A stretch of 63,942 bases of DNA, filler included, from Octopus bimaculoides (taxonomy: Eukaryota), in the NCBI RefSeq assembly GCF_001194135.2. It is 8 parts of 8 records of this genome, joined end to end, with 100 filler letters (N's around TTAATTAATTAA, not from the genome) between each part and the next. Parts side by side here need not be neighbours in the genome. Positions count along the whole stretch, not along the records: positions 1 to 28,822 come from NC_069005.1; positions 28,923 to 38,819 come from NC_068991.1; positions 38,920 to 41,603 come from NW_026421306.1; 5 more parts are not named here. The stretch is one strand, 5' to 3'. Shown piece after piece: positions 26,447 through 39,160 of the stretch. Both the position numbers and the translations under genes were made by a program. The notes beneath the pieces are model-generated. The model did not search any database, was not told the origin of the DNA, and saw nothing but the letters and a program-made list of their open reading frames with translations. Each line of letters begins with the position of its first letter. Positions within the stretch are counted from its first letter, which is position 1.

Positions 26447-26756
26447 TAATCACCAGCTAGTGGTGAAAACACACCTCACTCACAAAATACTGCATGCTTT
26501 TTCCAACGATGAACCATCGCTGATCTCGAAAAAGGAGAAATAAGCTATATTAAATCTCTGAGCAAGATGTAAACAGTAGCAATATGGAATCATAACATAT
26601 AATTGCCAGCCAAGTGTGGCATCCTATATGGGACAGTGCTGCTGGTGTTTATAGCCCCAGGAAGACATCTCTTCCAGCTGGCTAACAACACACATTCTGT
26701 GTCCTATTAGTATTTGCGAGGGGAGGTCATCGCTCCCATCCCTAGCCTTATGTGAT

Positions 26757-26803
26757 ACACATGGACTTGAGTTTTTGCATCAGTACTCATCCTCAGCATG
26801 TGT
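26757..26803 (-). ncRNA. Degenerate type I hammerhead motif, copy C
   Basis: Minus strand ACACATG CTGAGGA TGAGT ACTG ATGCA AAAAC TCAA GTC^CATGTGT. Perfect stem I, but G12 is changed to A and stem II is damaged. Confidence 0.75.
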
Positions 26804-27864
26804 TAATCACCAGCTAGTGATGAAAACTCACCCCACTCGCAAAATACTATATGCTTTTTCCAGCAACGAACCATCGCTGATCTCGTAAAGAGAGAAATAA
26901 GCTATATTAAATTCAATAAATATTAAAACGGGCAAGTTAGACAAAAATGATATTAGCAACTTCAATGAAGAGTGTAATAGACATGTGTGGGTGATGTGTA
27001 TGTGAGCGTGTATTGAAGGAACTGTACTATCAATTCCTCTCATTTAATAAAAAATATGCTCTATACATGTACTGAGTTTTTGTTCTTCTAGAGATAGTCA
27101 TACATAGTATTATATAAGACTGTTAGTGGAACAAAGTCTAGCTCCAGCATGATAGAGAATCACCAGACTGAGGTCAACCTTTAATGATATCCTCAACATA
27201 ATGCACCATATGTCCCTGTCCTGAGAGGAAGGCCTAAAGGGACTTGGAAAAGTATAAAGAAGTCATGGGAACATACATGGTTTTGAAGAAAACATCAGAA
27301 ACATCAGGGGGCTAGTCAATTACATCGACCTCAGTGTGATTTCATCGACTCTGAAGGGATGAAAGGCATAGTCAATTTCAGCAGAATTTGAACTCAGAAC
27401 ATAAAGACAGAAAAAATGCCAATAAGGATTTTATCTGGTAAGCTAACCATTCTGCTAGCTCGCTGCCTTAATAATAATAATCCTTTCTACTATAGGCACA
27501 AGGCCTAACATTTTGGGGGAGGGGACATCGATCCCAGTGTTTCACTGGTAATTAATTTATCAACTCCGAAAGGATGAAAGGCAAAGTCAACCTTGGTAGA
27601 ATTTGAGCTCAGAACTAAGCAAATTGCCCAAAATGCCAATGATTGTGCCAGCTTTCCACCTTAATAATATGTGCCTGGTGTACCCATATCAGACAGGTAG
27701 TCATGATGGGTATACTGAGTTTTATATATTTTACCCCAGTGTCCCTTTGATGGCATGCAGTGCTCTCTCACTCAATAATAATAATAATAATAATAATAAT
27801 GGTTTCAAATTTTGGCACAAGGTCAGCAATTTTTAGTAATATTGTTAAACACATCAAACCTTAC

Positions 27865-27953
27865 CTGGATACTTCTTCATCTCCTGTGGTCAGCCAGAAT
27901 TTACGTCTTCGGTTGGCACATACAATATTAATTACTTGACTATTAACACTCAG
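27865..27953 (-). CDS. PLEKHM2: PLEKHM2/SKIP-like internal coding exon (most 5' exon found): LSVNSQVINIVCANRRRKFWLTTGDEEVS(R)
   Basis: Acceptor ttattatag, donor gtaagg, 89 nt, phase 0 to 2. Resembles recalled vertebrate PLEKHM2 ...LDQQTVKLVCTNRRKQFLLDTAD. Phase fits the next exon. Confidence 0.85.
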
Positions 27954-28234
27954 CTATAATAATGGAATAAATGAATGGCAAAATGAGAGTTTGGTAATGA
28001 CAACTGTAATACATTATTATGTTTATATTAACAATTAATAATTTTAAGGGAAAGGGATTAGTTGATATCCTTGACCCTAGTACTTGAGAAGTACTTTATT
28101 TCATTGACTCCAGAGTGATGAAAGGCAAAGGTGACCCTGGAGGAAACTGAACTCAGAACATAAAGAGTTGGAAGAAACACCACTTCACATTCTAATGATT
28201 TTTCCAGTTCACTGGAATATATCTCTGGGTGAGA

Positions 28235-28271
<37 letters not shown>

Positions 28272-28281
28272 NNNNNNNNNN

Positions 28282-28322
<41 letters not shown>

Positions 28323-28764
28323 CCAGTGTTACTCAGGATAAAAATGGCATACATTTTTGTTGTTTTACTAGTTTCAGTCATGTGACTGTGGCCATGCTGA
28401 AGCACCACATTTACTCGAAAAAATCAACCCCAGGATTTATTTTTTGTAAGCCTAGTACTTATACTATCGGTGTGTTTTGCCAAACGGCTAAGTTACAGGG
28501 ATGTAAACACAGCAACGTCAGTTGTTAAGCAATGGTAGGGGTACAAACACAGACACACGCACACAAATACATATGAGAGTGTGTGTGTGTGTACATATAT
28601 AAATATATATATACATATATACATATATATAAACATATATATATACATATATATATACATTTATATACATATTTATATAAACACATATATACATATATAT
28701 GTACATACATATACATATATATGTACATGTATATACATAAGTATATATATATATACAGATATAT

Positions 28765-28822
<58 letters not shown>

Positions 28823-28866
28823 NNNNNNNNNNNNNNNNNNNNNNNNNNNNNNNNNNNNNNNNNNNN

Positions 28867-28878
28867 TTAATTAATTAA
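28867..28878. other. Artificial contig-join linker TTAATTAATTAA inside about 100-bp N spacers (also 38864, 41648, 53743, 58719, 60581, 62502)
   Basis: The same 12-mer, with stops in all six frames, is centred in N runs seven times. Confidence 0.95.
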
Positions 28879-28922
28879 NNNNNNNNNNNNNNNNNNNNNN
28901 NNNNNNNNNNNNNNNNNNNNNN

Positions 28923-28957
<35 letters not shown>

Positions 28958-29812
28958 CATACATACACGGATTTCTTTGTATTTATATATATGTGTATGT
29001 ATGTATATTTATATATAAACATATACATAGGACCATAACTTGCTATTCATAAAATAGATACAAACAACATAAACACCCGAAACATAAGCAGCTACAACAA
29101 CAACAACAACAACAACAACAAAAACAACCACCACCACAACAACAACAACAGCTGCGTCCGATATAAATTTGAAGACGAATTAAGAAGTGGCGGATTTAAA
29201 AGGAGATGGAGGTAGCAAAGCAGGGGTGGGATGAGGGAGTTGTGTCTGGAGGTGTTAGGTGTGACAATGGTTGGAATCACTGAAGAATTTTTGCGTGTGT
29301 AGTGATGAAATATCAGTGAAGAAATATAATGAAATCGAATTTAGATGCAACAGGAATAGTGTCTTTTCTAGGAAGTATTGACAATGTGACCTTCGACATT
29401 TAACACTTTAACTTTTAGTTGTTAAGCTGAGATGAAGCGTAGAGGGAAAGAGCTGGAGAGAGAGAGAGGGATGGAGAGAGGGAGGGTGGGAGAAAGTTAG
29501 GAGGAGAGGAAGAATTTGGAGAGTAAGGTGTCTGATGAAAGAATTGACGGAACGTGTGGTGGTGGTGGTGGGGGCTGGAGGTTATTGCGAATGGAAAGGT
29601 GCGAAGAGAGAGAGAGAGAGAGAGTGAGTGAGAGANNNNNNNNNNAGAGAGGGATGGAGAGAGGGAGGGTGGGAGAAAGTTAGGAGGAGAGGAAGAATTT
29701 GGAGAGTAAGGTGTCTGATGAAAGAATTGACGGAACGTGTGGTGGTGGTGGTGGGGGCTGGAGGTTATTGCGAATGGAAAGGTGCGAAGAGAGAGAGAGA
29801 GAGAGAGTGAGT

Positions 29813-29859
<47 letters not shown>

Positions 29860-29965
29860 GGAGGGAGAGAAACAAGAACGAAGAATAAGAAGAATGCGAT
29901 GAAAACTTGAAGTGAACCTGAAATAGAAAAATACCACATACACACACGCACCCACGCGTGCGCGC

Positions 29966-30099
29966 ACATATATAGATGTTTTCGATCTAGTTTGGATTCT
30001 TTGCCATCAAATTTGAATCCTTTGCCAACAAATTTGAATTCTGTGCAATCAAATTTGATGGCAAAGAATCCAAACTAGATCGAAAACATCTATATATGT
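29966..30099. mobile_element. Small hairpin MITE-like element with perfect arms of about 50 bp, in TA repeats
   Basis: atatagatgttttcgatctagtttggattctttgccatcaaatttga has its exact reverse complement at 30049-30097. Confidence 0.8.
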
Positions 30100-30245
30100 A
30101 TATGTATATATATCTATATGCCTGTATCTATCCCTCTGTCTCGACACACACATAAAGAAACAGACAGACATACACAGATATACTTGCATACACACACATA
30201 TATATGCATGTATAGATACATTATATATATATTTATATACACACG

Positions 30246-30277
<32 letters not shown>

Positions 30278-30509
30278 GATAGATATATAGATAGGTGCAT
30301 AGATAATTGATAGATGGATAGATAGGTGCATAGATATATTGATAGATACATAGATAGATGCATACATATATGTATTTATACATATATCTGTAATATGCAA
30401 TTGTATATATAATACATATAAGATATACTTAACATATATATTACACATAATTCAATATACAAACATAAATGTAATGCACACACACATATATCACGAGTTC
30501 ACGTGATCG

Positions 30510-30783
30510 ACAAGTCTATCGCATGTTGTTATACCTCGCTGATCACAATGCGCTTTGAATCGTTTTAGCTTTTAGATGATGCCACTCCGCAGGCTAGACG
30601 AGCAAGCCAATATTTCCTAAGATTGGAAGTCTACTCCGTTTCAGAGTTAGCCATTTATAGTTGAATTGACTGGAGTAACGTGTAACGAAGTGTTTTACTG
30701 AAGAATACATTGCGTCGCTCGATCTAGGAATCGAACTCACTGTCGCTAGATCGTGAGTGCAACGCCCAAACCACTTGGCCATA
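30510..30783 (-). mobile_element. tRNA-derived SINE
   Basis: Minus-strand head tggccaagtggtttgg...gagttcgattcct. Confidence 0.7.
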
Positions 30784-30873
30784 TGAATATATTTGTATGT
30801 ATGCACAGAACCGAATCCTGACATCAGTGAACATGCATCTATATACATTTACATATATCTACTACAAAATTTC

Positions 30874-30937
<64 letters not shown>

Positions 30938-31473
30938 ATAATGTCAATCGCTTCCGTTCTAAGTTCAAATGCCGTCGGAATCAACGCCCCTTTTCATTTC
31001 ACTAGGGTCTGTAAATCAAAGAAACTGTAAAATAGTGAGGTCAGCTCATGTCTGCAAATAGAAAGCATTTTTCGCTTGAAAGGAATTGTAATAGAAGACT
31101 ACGACTTGGTGGAAAACGTGTTTCTAGATTAATTGGACTTGAAATTAAATACGTTGGATTGCCATGTTTGATCATAAAACTTGGCGATTTAGCTTGATTT
31201 GAGGGGAAACAACTATAATAATATCCATTATTTAGTATAATCAAGAGTTGAAACCAGTAAAAGAACGTAAATATTTAACGGTTTAAATAGGATTTTTAAA
31301 AAATATTAACAGAATTAAAATTCATTTTCTACATGAGATTGTTCTAATGAATGACACTGAAAGAAAGAAATGAAGTGAGTGATTAGCGATAAAGAGAAAG
31401 GGAGAGAGAATCATAAGGTGGACAAAGAAAGAGAGATATATATTTAGAAAGAGAACAGCAAGCGAACGAGAGA

Positions 31474-31515
<42 letters not shown>

Positions 31516-31998
31516 CAGAGAATGTATAGAGGTCCGTTGGAGAATGAGCGGGTGAGTGAATGTATGCGTACGAATATGTACATGTTTGTGTGTATGTATA
31601 TATATGTATGCTTGTACGTGTGTCCATGTGTCTGCGTGTTGGTATGTGTGTGTGTGAGTGTGTTTGTGTGTGTGTGTATGTGTGTGTGCGTGTATTGTAA
31701 GGATGTGAATATTGGTCGGTGAGAAGGAGCATTCCATGCTAATATGGTGGGTGTAACACACACACACTGATCAGCGGCCATATTAGATGGGACCCATAGG
31801 GAACTAGTGATTCGAGAAATTTGTTTCTTTTTATTCTGGGAATGAGGCTCGTTTACGGGCATTCAGATATACACTCATATACACACACACTCACACACAC
31901 TCACACACACATAAATACACAAAATCTCTATACACATGCACACGCATACATATATACACAGCCATACACCCACGCAGATTCATCTTTCTGTCTCTCTC

Positions 31999-32032
<34 letters not shown>

Positions 32033-32084
32033 TGTATGTATGTATATATATATATACGTATATATATATACACATATACATACA

Positions 32085-32137
<53 letters not shown>

Positions 32138-32149
32138 AATATCTATATC

Positions 32150-32181
<32 letters not shown>

Positions 32182-32686
32182 AACTTATATAGTACACATG
32201 TAAATATATATATACATACACATATACATATACACACACATACCTATTTACGTATGTATATGTGTATATATGTACACACATACACACACACACACACATT
32301 TATGTGTGTACATATGTGTATATATATATACATATATATGTATGCATATGCACATAAATACAAACATTATTGCACATACCGGTACATATATACTGAATCA
32401 CGTGTGTGCATATATATATATATGGCAAATGTATGTGTGTGTGTGAGAGAGAGACAGAGTGAGAGTGGGAGAGTTTGTATGTATATGTGTGTGCATATGT
32501 GCGTGTGTACATATACGCACGCATAATATAATATACACACGCGTAAACATACACGTGTTACCGACAGCACTGGCAAGGAGAACATCATGAATATCAATTA
32601 GATAGATAGAATGAAAATAAACACACACAGCTGTACACACACGCACACACACACACACACGCACGCACATACACACACACACACAC

Positions 32687-32744
<58 letters not shown>

Positions 32745-34085
32745 GCACACGCACACACAATGTTAGAAAAAGCTGTCGGGCAAGATTTTCAACATTTTTG
32801 AAAAGACACCTGTGAGAAGAATCGCCAAACCGGAAATACATGTTTTCTAGGACTGGCGAAATAGCGGAGCCTGTTGGCAATTGGGTTTGCTTGGCTTTCA
32901 TATTGGATAGCGTGTTAATTTAGTAGCGAATTCTTACAACTTGAAAGGAAACCAAGTACTACGTCTACGCTTATATATGCATATACATGTGTGTGTATGT
33001 GTGTGTGTGTACGCGTGCATGCATGTGTGAGTGTCTGTGTATACGCCTGTGTATGGCTGTACACACACATACTAACACACACACATACACATATATACAC
33101 ACACACATACATATGTATATGTATATATATATATATATGTACATATGTATGTACACACGCACACATATATATACGTATATACGTACGTACGTACGTATGT
33201 ATGAATGTATGTATGTTTGTATGTATGTGTGTGTATGAATATATGCACATATTTATATCTAAATATGTGCACACATTAAGAATCAATCTATATTACATAT
33301 ATACATATGTATATATGCACACACACACACACTCACATGCGCATATGTGTGTGTGTATGCGCGTGTGTGTATGAACGTGTTTGTGTGTGCGCATATATGT
33401 ATCTGTTTTTTCACGTGTGTGAATTTCGCTTTTGTGTTTGCTTAAGTTGAAAGCCTGTGAGGAAACAGATGTTGTACCTCGGGTGGGTCATTTTACTAAT
33501 AAAAACACACCCACCGGTTCGATTTCACTTCCCTTTATGGATTTTCCATTTTGTCACACGATGGCTAATGTTTTGAATATTTCTACACAAGTGTAATTTT
33601 TTCATGTTAATTCCGAAAACAAAACCAACCAGAAGGAGATCCAGGAGTTGACCAAAACAGGATGGTGGGACAATATCTTAAGTCTCATTTGGCTTTCTTG
33701 GAAATCCAGTCGGAAAGTGAAGTGGCGGTTGCTTCTGACAAGTTCCTATGGAAGAGATGCCTGAGGATTCTACACTCACAACCTCCTGGAATTAGATGAA
33801 CGGGAAAATGTATAGACATTTTGTTTAGAAGCCTCCGTAATCGACTCAGTGCGTTGGCGATGCAATGGAGAGCGTCAGGTTTTTACTTGATTCCGAAGCG
33901 CGAGTAATAGATGGACTTTGTTAGTTTTTGATAAATAAAAATACTAACGAAAGAAAATGAAAGCATAACAAATGTTTTAAAGACGAAGAATTTCTATGAA
34001 CGAAAATATAAAAATGTGCCAGCTGCTCTAACTGAAAATTTTACAGCCAGACAGGTAGATAGAATGAAAATAAACACACACAGCT

Positions 34086-34150
<65 letters not shown>

Positions 34151-35239
34151 TGCACGCACGCACGCACGCACGCTCGCACATACACGCATATCAGCAATTT
34201 TCATATTTCACAATATAAGACATATTTCCTTTTATTCTTTTCTGGAATAATAAATATGAATTTGTTACAAAACTTTAAAATCTTAAATTTTTATTTGTTT
34301 TAAGCAATCATAAGCTTCTGTTACCGTCATAACGACAATAGCTATTGCTTTACTGTGTCACAGCACCAATTTCCAAGTTATATAAATAAATGCTTGTGTG
34401 TGTGTGTGAGAGAGGGAGAGAAGGAGAGGGAGAAAGAGGAGAGCGAGAGTGTGTGTGCGCGTATACGTGCAAATAGTTTCCATGTATAGGTGTTTTTAAA
34501 AGTTGTAATCTAAAACAATGGAGCAAAAATACAGCAAAGGAGTGTTTCGATGACGTTTTTCTGAAATTAATGAGTAATGAGGAAGTGCCAGTGCCCATCG
34601 CCTATGAAAACGCTCTTCGACCTGTGAGATTAATCTCATCCTGGTCACACCTGCCGGAAGGGAGTCCCAGAGGGCTGACGTTCTGGGACTAAAGGACTGG
34701 ATATATTGACAAGGCTGAAGACAACACGATTAATGATTAGAGGGAAGACAATTTAGAAGGGATGGTCTGCGTAAATACGACATGTAGTCAATTATCTCAA
34801 GAAGGAGAGGCTATGATAATGGTGGTAGAAAAAAATAGAGAAGGAAGCACGATATGTGGTACAAAGAGTATGAGACATATTGGCTTAAGTGTTTTGGCGC
34901 CATCTGTTTGGCGTAACTCATTCAACGATGGTTTATTTGACGTCAAACGTTTTAATGTTTCTGTCCTCTCACTTTCCTATGCGTATATTTATGCGTATGC
35001 ATTCATGCGCATGTGTGATTGTGCGAGTTTGACTCTAGTGCCAAAAAGTACCGATGCCAATACAGGTTCCATGTCCAGCCAACTGTGTTACATCGTCAGC
35101 GTGCAAACTGTAGCGTCATATTGCCTCCTCCTGTGAATCAGTGGCTTGATCGTACATTTGAGTGACTTTATGTCAAGAAATCGGGTAGTCCTTTTCTGAC
35201 TGTGATTTAGAACAGTGGTCCTAAACCAAGGTCCATATA

Positions 35240-35298
<59 letters not shown>

Positions 35299-35724
35299 AT
35301 ATGTATACAAATATATATTCTTTTATTAGTTTCAGCTCGACACTTGCGGCCATTTTTAATTACACATATATACAAATAAACTTAAAATAGCAAAACTTCA
35401 TTAGAAACCCACTTTGAATTGGTACCATGTACCTTAATTTCACGACCGTTTTATATTAGTCGAGGATCTCGGCACTCTTACACATGACGCAGCGAAATAT
35501 CAAGGCCGTTTAAAGACAGATAAGGATCAGTTTGCCCGGCGCTTCAACTGAAAATTCTTCATCGAGCCAGATAGAAAGGGCGACCAACTTCATCTCGGCT
35601 AATGAAATATATGCATATAGAATTAAAAGAAAAAACGCAACACGTTTCATCCAGCGCCTATAACATCTCTATTAAGCAAGAAAATTTGAAATATGCTATA
35701 TGTGTAAATGTATGTATGTTGGTA

Positions 35725-35761
<37 letters not shown>

Positions 35762-35816
35762 ATGCCTGTGTGTGTGTATACATGAACTAATGAATGTACT
35801 TATGCACGAACACACG

Positions 35817-36207
35817 AGTGGCTGTGAGGTAAGTAGCTTGCTTACCAACCACATGATCCCGGGTTCAGTCCCACTGCGTGGCATCTTGGGCAAGTGTCTT
35901 CTACTATAGCCTCGGGTCGACCAAAGCCTTGTGAGTGGATTTGGCAGACGGAAACTGAAAGAAGCCCGTCGTATATATATATATATACATATGTATGTAT
36001 GTGTGTATGCGTTTGTCCCCCCAACATCGCTTGACAACTGATGCTGGTGTGTTTATGTCCCCGTAACTTAGCGGTTCGGCAAAAGAGACCGATAGAATAA
36101 GTACTAGGCTTCTAAAGAATAAGTCCTGGGGTCGATTTGCTCGACTAAAGGCGGTGCTCCAGCATGGCCACAGTCAAATGACTGGAACAAGTAAAAGAGT
36201 AAAAGAG
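35817..36207 (+). mobile_element. tRNA-derived SINE, family 2 (internal TA/TG microsatellite)
   Basis: Near-identical structure at 58252-58650; partial copies at 28335-28560 (-), 36840-37010 (+) and about 56480-56620 (-). Confidence 0.85.
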
Positions 36208-36329
36208 TATATCTTAAGCAAGTGTATATTGAGATCAAGCGCCAGGTTTTATTACAACAGCTATGTCTAAGCGAAATAATAATTATGATGATGGTGACGA
36301 TGATGATGATGATGATGATGATGATGTTG

Positions 36330-36383
<54 letters not shown>

Positions 36384-36492
36384 GTTACAAATTTTGGCGC
36401 AAGGATAGCAATTTCGGGGTGAGAGGTAAACCAGTGAAATATATACAGTTATTTTACCGAGCTGAACACTGGTACAATATATGTATACAGTC

Positions 36493-36541
<49 letters not shown>

Positions 36542-38160
36542 GTATATATATATATATATATTTATACATGCATATTTATATATATATATATATACATACA
36601 AATAGATAGATAGATAGATACATATATACATTAATACATATACACATAAAGAGAAATACATATACGGAATTGTATATAAATACACATAGACACAAACATT
36701 TGTGTTACAGAGTGTATGTGTATAGATGAATATGTGGATGGATGCATACATATATATATATGTATATACATATATTCATATGTATGTACACGAATGCATA
36801 CAAATATGTATGTATATTTTATATAAATGTACACATAAGCGCAGGCGTGGCCTTGCGGCATGAAGCTTGCTTCCCAAGCACAAGGTCTAGGGTTCAGTCC
36901 CACAGCATGGGACCTAGGAGTATGACTATAGTCTTCTACTATAGTCTCGGGTGACCAAACAAACCCTTGTGAGTGGATTTGGTTGTCGGAAACTGGAAGA
37001 ATGCCGTCGGATATATATATATATATATATATNNNNNNNNNNNNNNNNNNNNNNNNNNNNNNNNNNNNNNNNNNNNNNNNNNNNNNNNNNNNNNNNNNNN
37101 NNNNNNNNNNNNNNNNNNNNNNNNNNNNNNNNNNNNNNNNNNNNNNNNNNNNNNNNNNNNNNNNNNNNNNNNNNNNNNNNNNNNNNNNNNNNNNNNNNNN
37201 NNNNNNNNNNNNNNNNNNNNNNNNNNNNNNNNNNNNNNNNNNNNNNNNNNNNNNNNNNNNNNNNNNNNNNNNNNNNNNNNNNNNNNNNNNNNNNNNNNNN
37301 NNNNNNNNNNNNNNNNNNNNNNNNNNNNNNNNNNNNNNNNNNNNNNNNNNNNNNNNNNNNNNNNNNNNNNNNNNNNNNNNNNNNNNNNNNNNNNNNNNNN
37401 NNNNNNNNNNNNNNNNNNNNNNNNNNNNNNNNNNNNNNNNNNNNNNNNNNNNNNNNNNNNNNNNNNNNNNNNNNNNNNNNNNNNNNNNNNNNNNNNNNNN
37501 NNNNNNNNNNNNNNNNNNNNNNNNNNNNNNNNNNNNNNNNNNNNNNNNNNNNNNNNNNNNNNNNNNNNNNNNNNNNNNNNNNNNNNNNNNNNNNNNNNNN
37601 NNNNNNNNNNNNNNNNNNNNNNNNNNNNNNNNNNNNNNNNNNNNNNNNNNNNNNNNNNNNNNNNNNNNNNNNNNNNNNNNNNNNNNNNNNNNNNNNNNNN
37701 NNNNNNNNNNNNNNNNNNNNNNNNNNNNNNNNNNNNNNNNNNNNNNNNNNNNNNNNNNNNNNNNNNNNNNNNNNNNNNNNNNNNNNNNNNNNNNNNNNNN
37801 NNNNNNNNNNNNNNNNNNNNNNNNNNNNNNNNNNNNNNNNNNNNNNNNNNNNNNNNNNNNNNNNNNNNNNNNNNNNNNNNNNNNNNNNNNNNNNNNNNNN
37901 NNNNNNNATATATAGGAATTTATATATATGTACTCATTCATTTTTATACATTTATAAATGCGTTGGCACGTGTGGAAATATACATCCATAATCATGCATG
38001 TAGGAAATATATATAAGTATGTATATATAGTTAAGCGTATACATCTATATCCGAATATATAAATATATATATATATATATCGATGTATATGCATACACAC
38101 TTATAGACATGTACAAATGTTACACACACAGACACACACAGTTACACACACATATATATA

Positions 38161-38236
<76 letters not shown>

Positions 38237-38919
38237 CACAAACACATATATAAAATTATATATATATATGATTATATGCATGTGCTTATGTATGTTTATA
38301 TATATATATACATATATATATTTATACATACATACACATACAAACTTATATACATACATATTTATATACACACACACACACATGTATATGTGTGTATATA
38401 GGTATATACCAGTGTAAACGTTATGTTATATTTTTACAAATGTGTCAGTATATTAATTGTATAAAGACACGAATTTATGGTGCGCGAGTGTCTATGTGTT
38501 TGCATTGCATATCGATAAAACTCTTAGCACGAAACTCATAAGTCAGACTATATACATATATACATATATACGTGTATAAATATATACATATCTAAATATA
38601 TATATGTATGTATATATATAAGAATATAGATATATATGCATATATATACCTATATGTACACACTCATATCTATCGATCTATCGATCTAGCTATACAAAAT
38701 ATGTATGCAGAAAGATAAACGAAATGCACACATATAAATTTCTCATGTATATATTACATGTGTATATATATGTATATGTATATACGTACATACATACATA
38801 CATAGATAGCTATATATATNNNNNNNNNNNNNNNNNNNNNNNNNNNNNNNNNNNNNNNNNNNNTTAATTAATTAANNNNNNNNNNNNNNNNNNNNNNNNN
38901 NNNNNNNNNNNNNNNNNNN

Positions 38920-38981
<62 letters not shown>

Positions 38982-39076
38982 GTGTGTATTTATATATACA
39001 TGCATATATATATATGTATATGCATGTATCTATATAGATATGCATATATCTCACTCTTCTCACTCTATATAGATAT

Positions 39077-39160
<84 letters not shown>

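Larger units (their letters stand above)
25798..26912. mobile_element. Retrozyme-like non-coding tandem repeat, 357-nt monomer with type I hammerhead ribozyme; two inverted arrays (25798-26188 on +, 26251-26912 on -)
   Basis: ttcaagatcag recurs at 25811 and 26168 (357 nt apart). Ribozyme motifs recur at 26400 and 26757 (357 nt apart). The left array is the reverse complement of the right. No ORF in the monomer. Confidence 0.85.

Noticed and set aside
29453-29830. Direct duplication of about 180 bp
   Set aside because: The copies abut a 10-N gap and are essentially identical; probably an overlap or haplotype artefact.
32760-35660. Unique CpG-rich islands between microsatellites as candidate exons
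   Set aside because: No recognisable protein similarity or convincing splice-site pairs in the frames I read.
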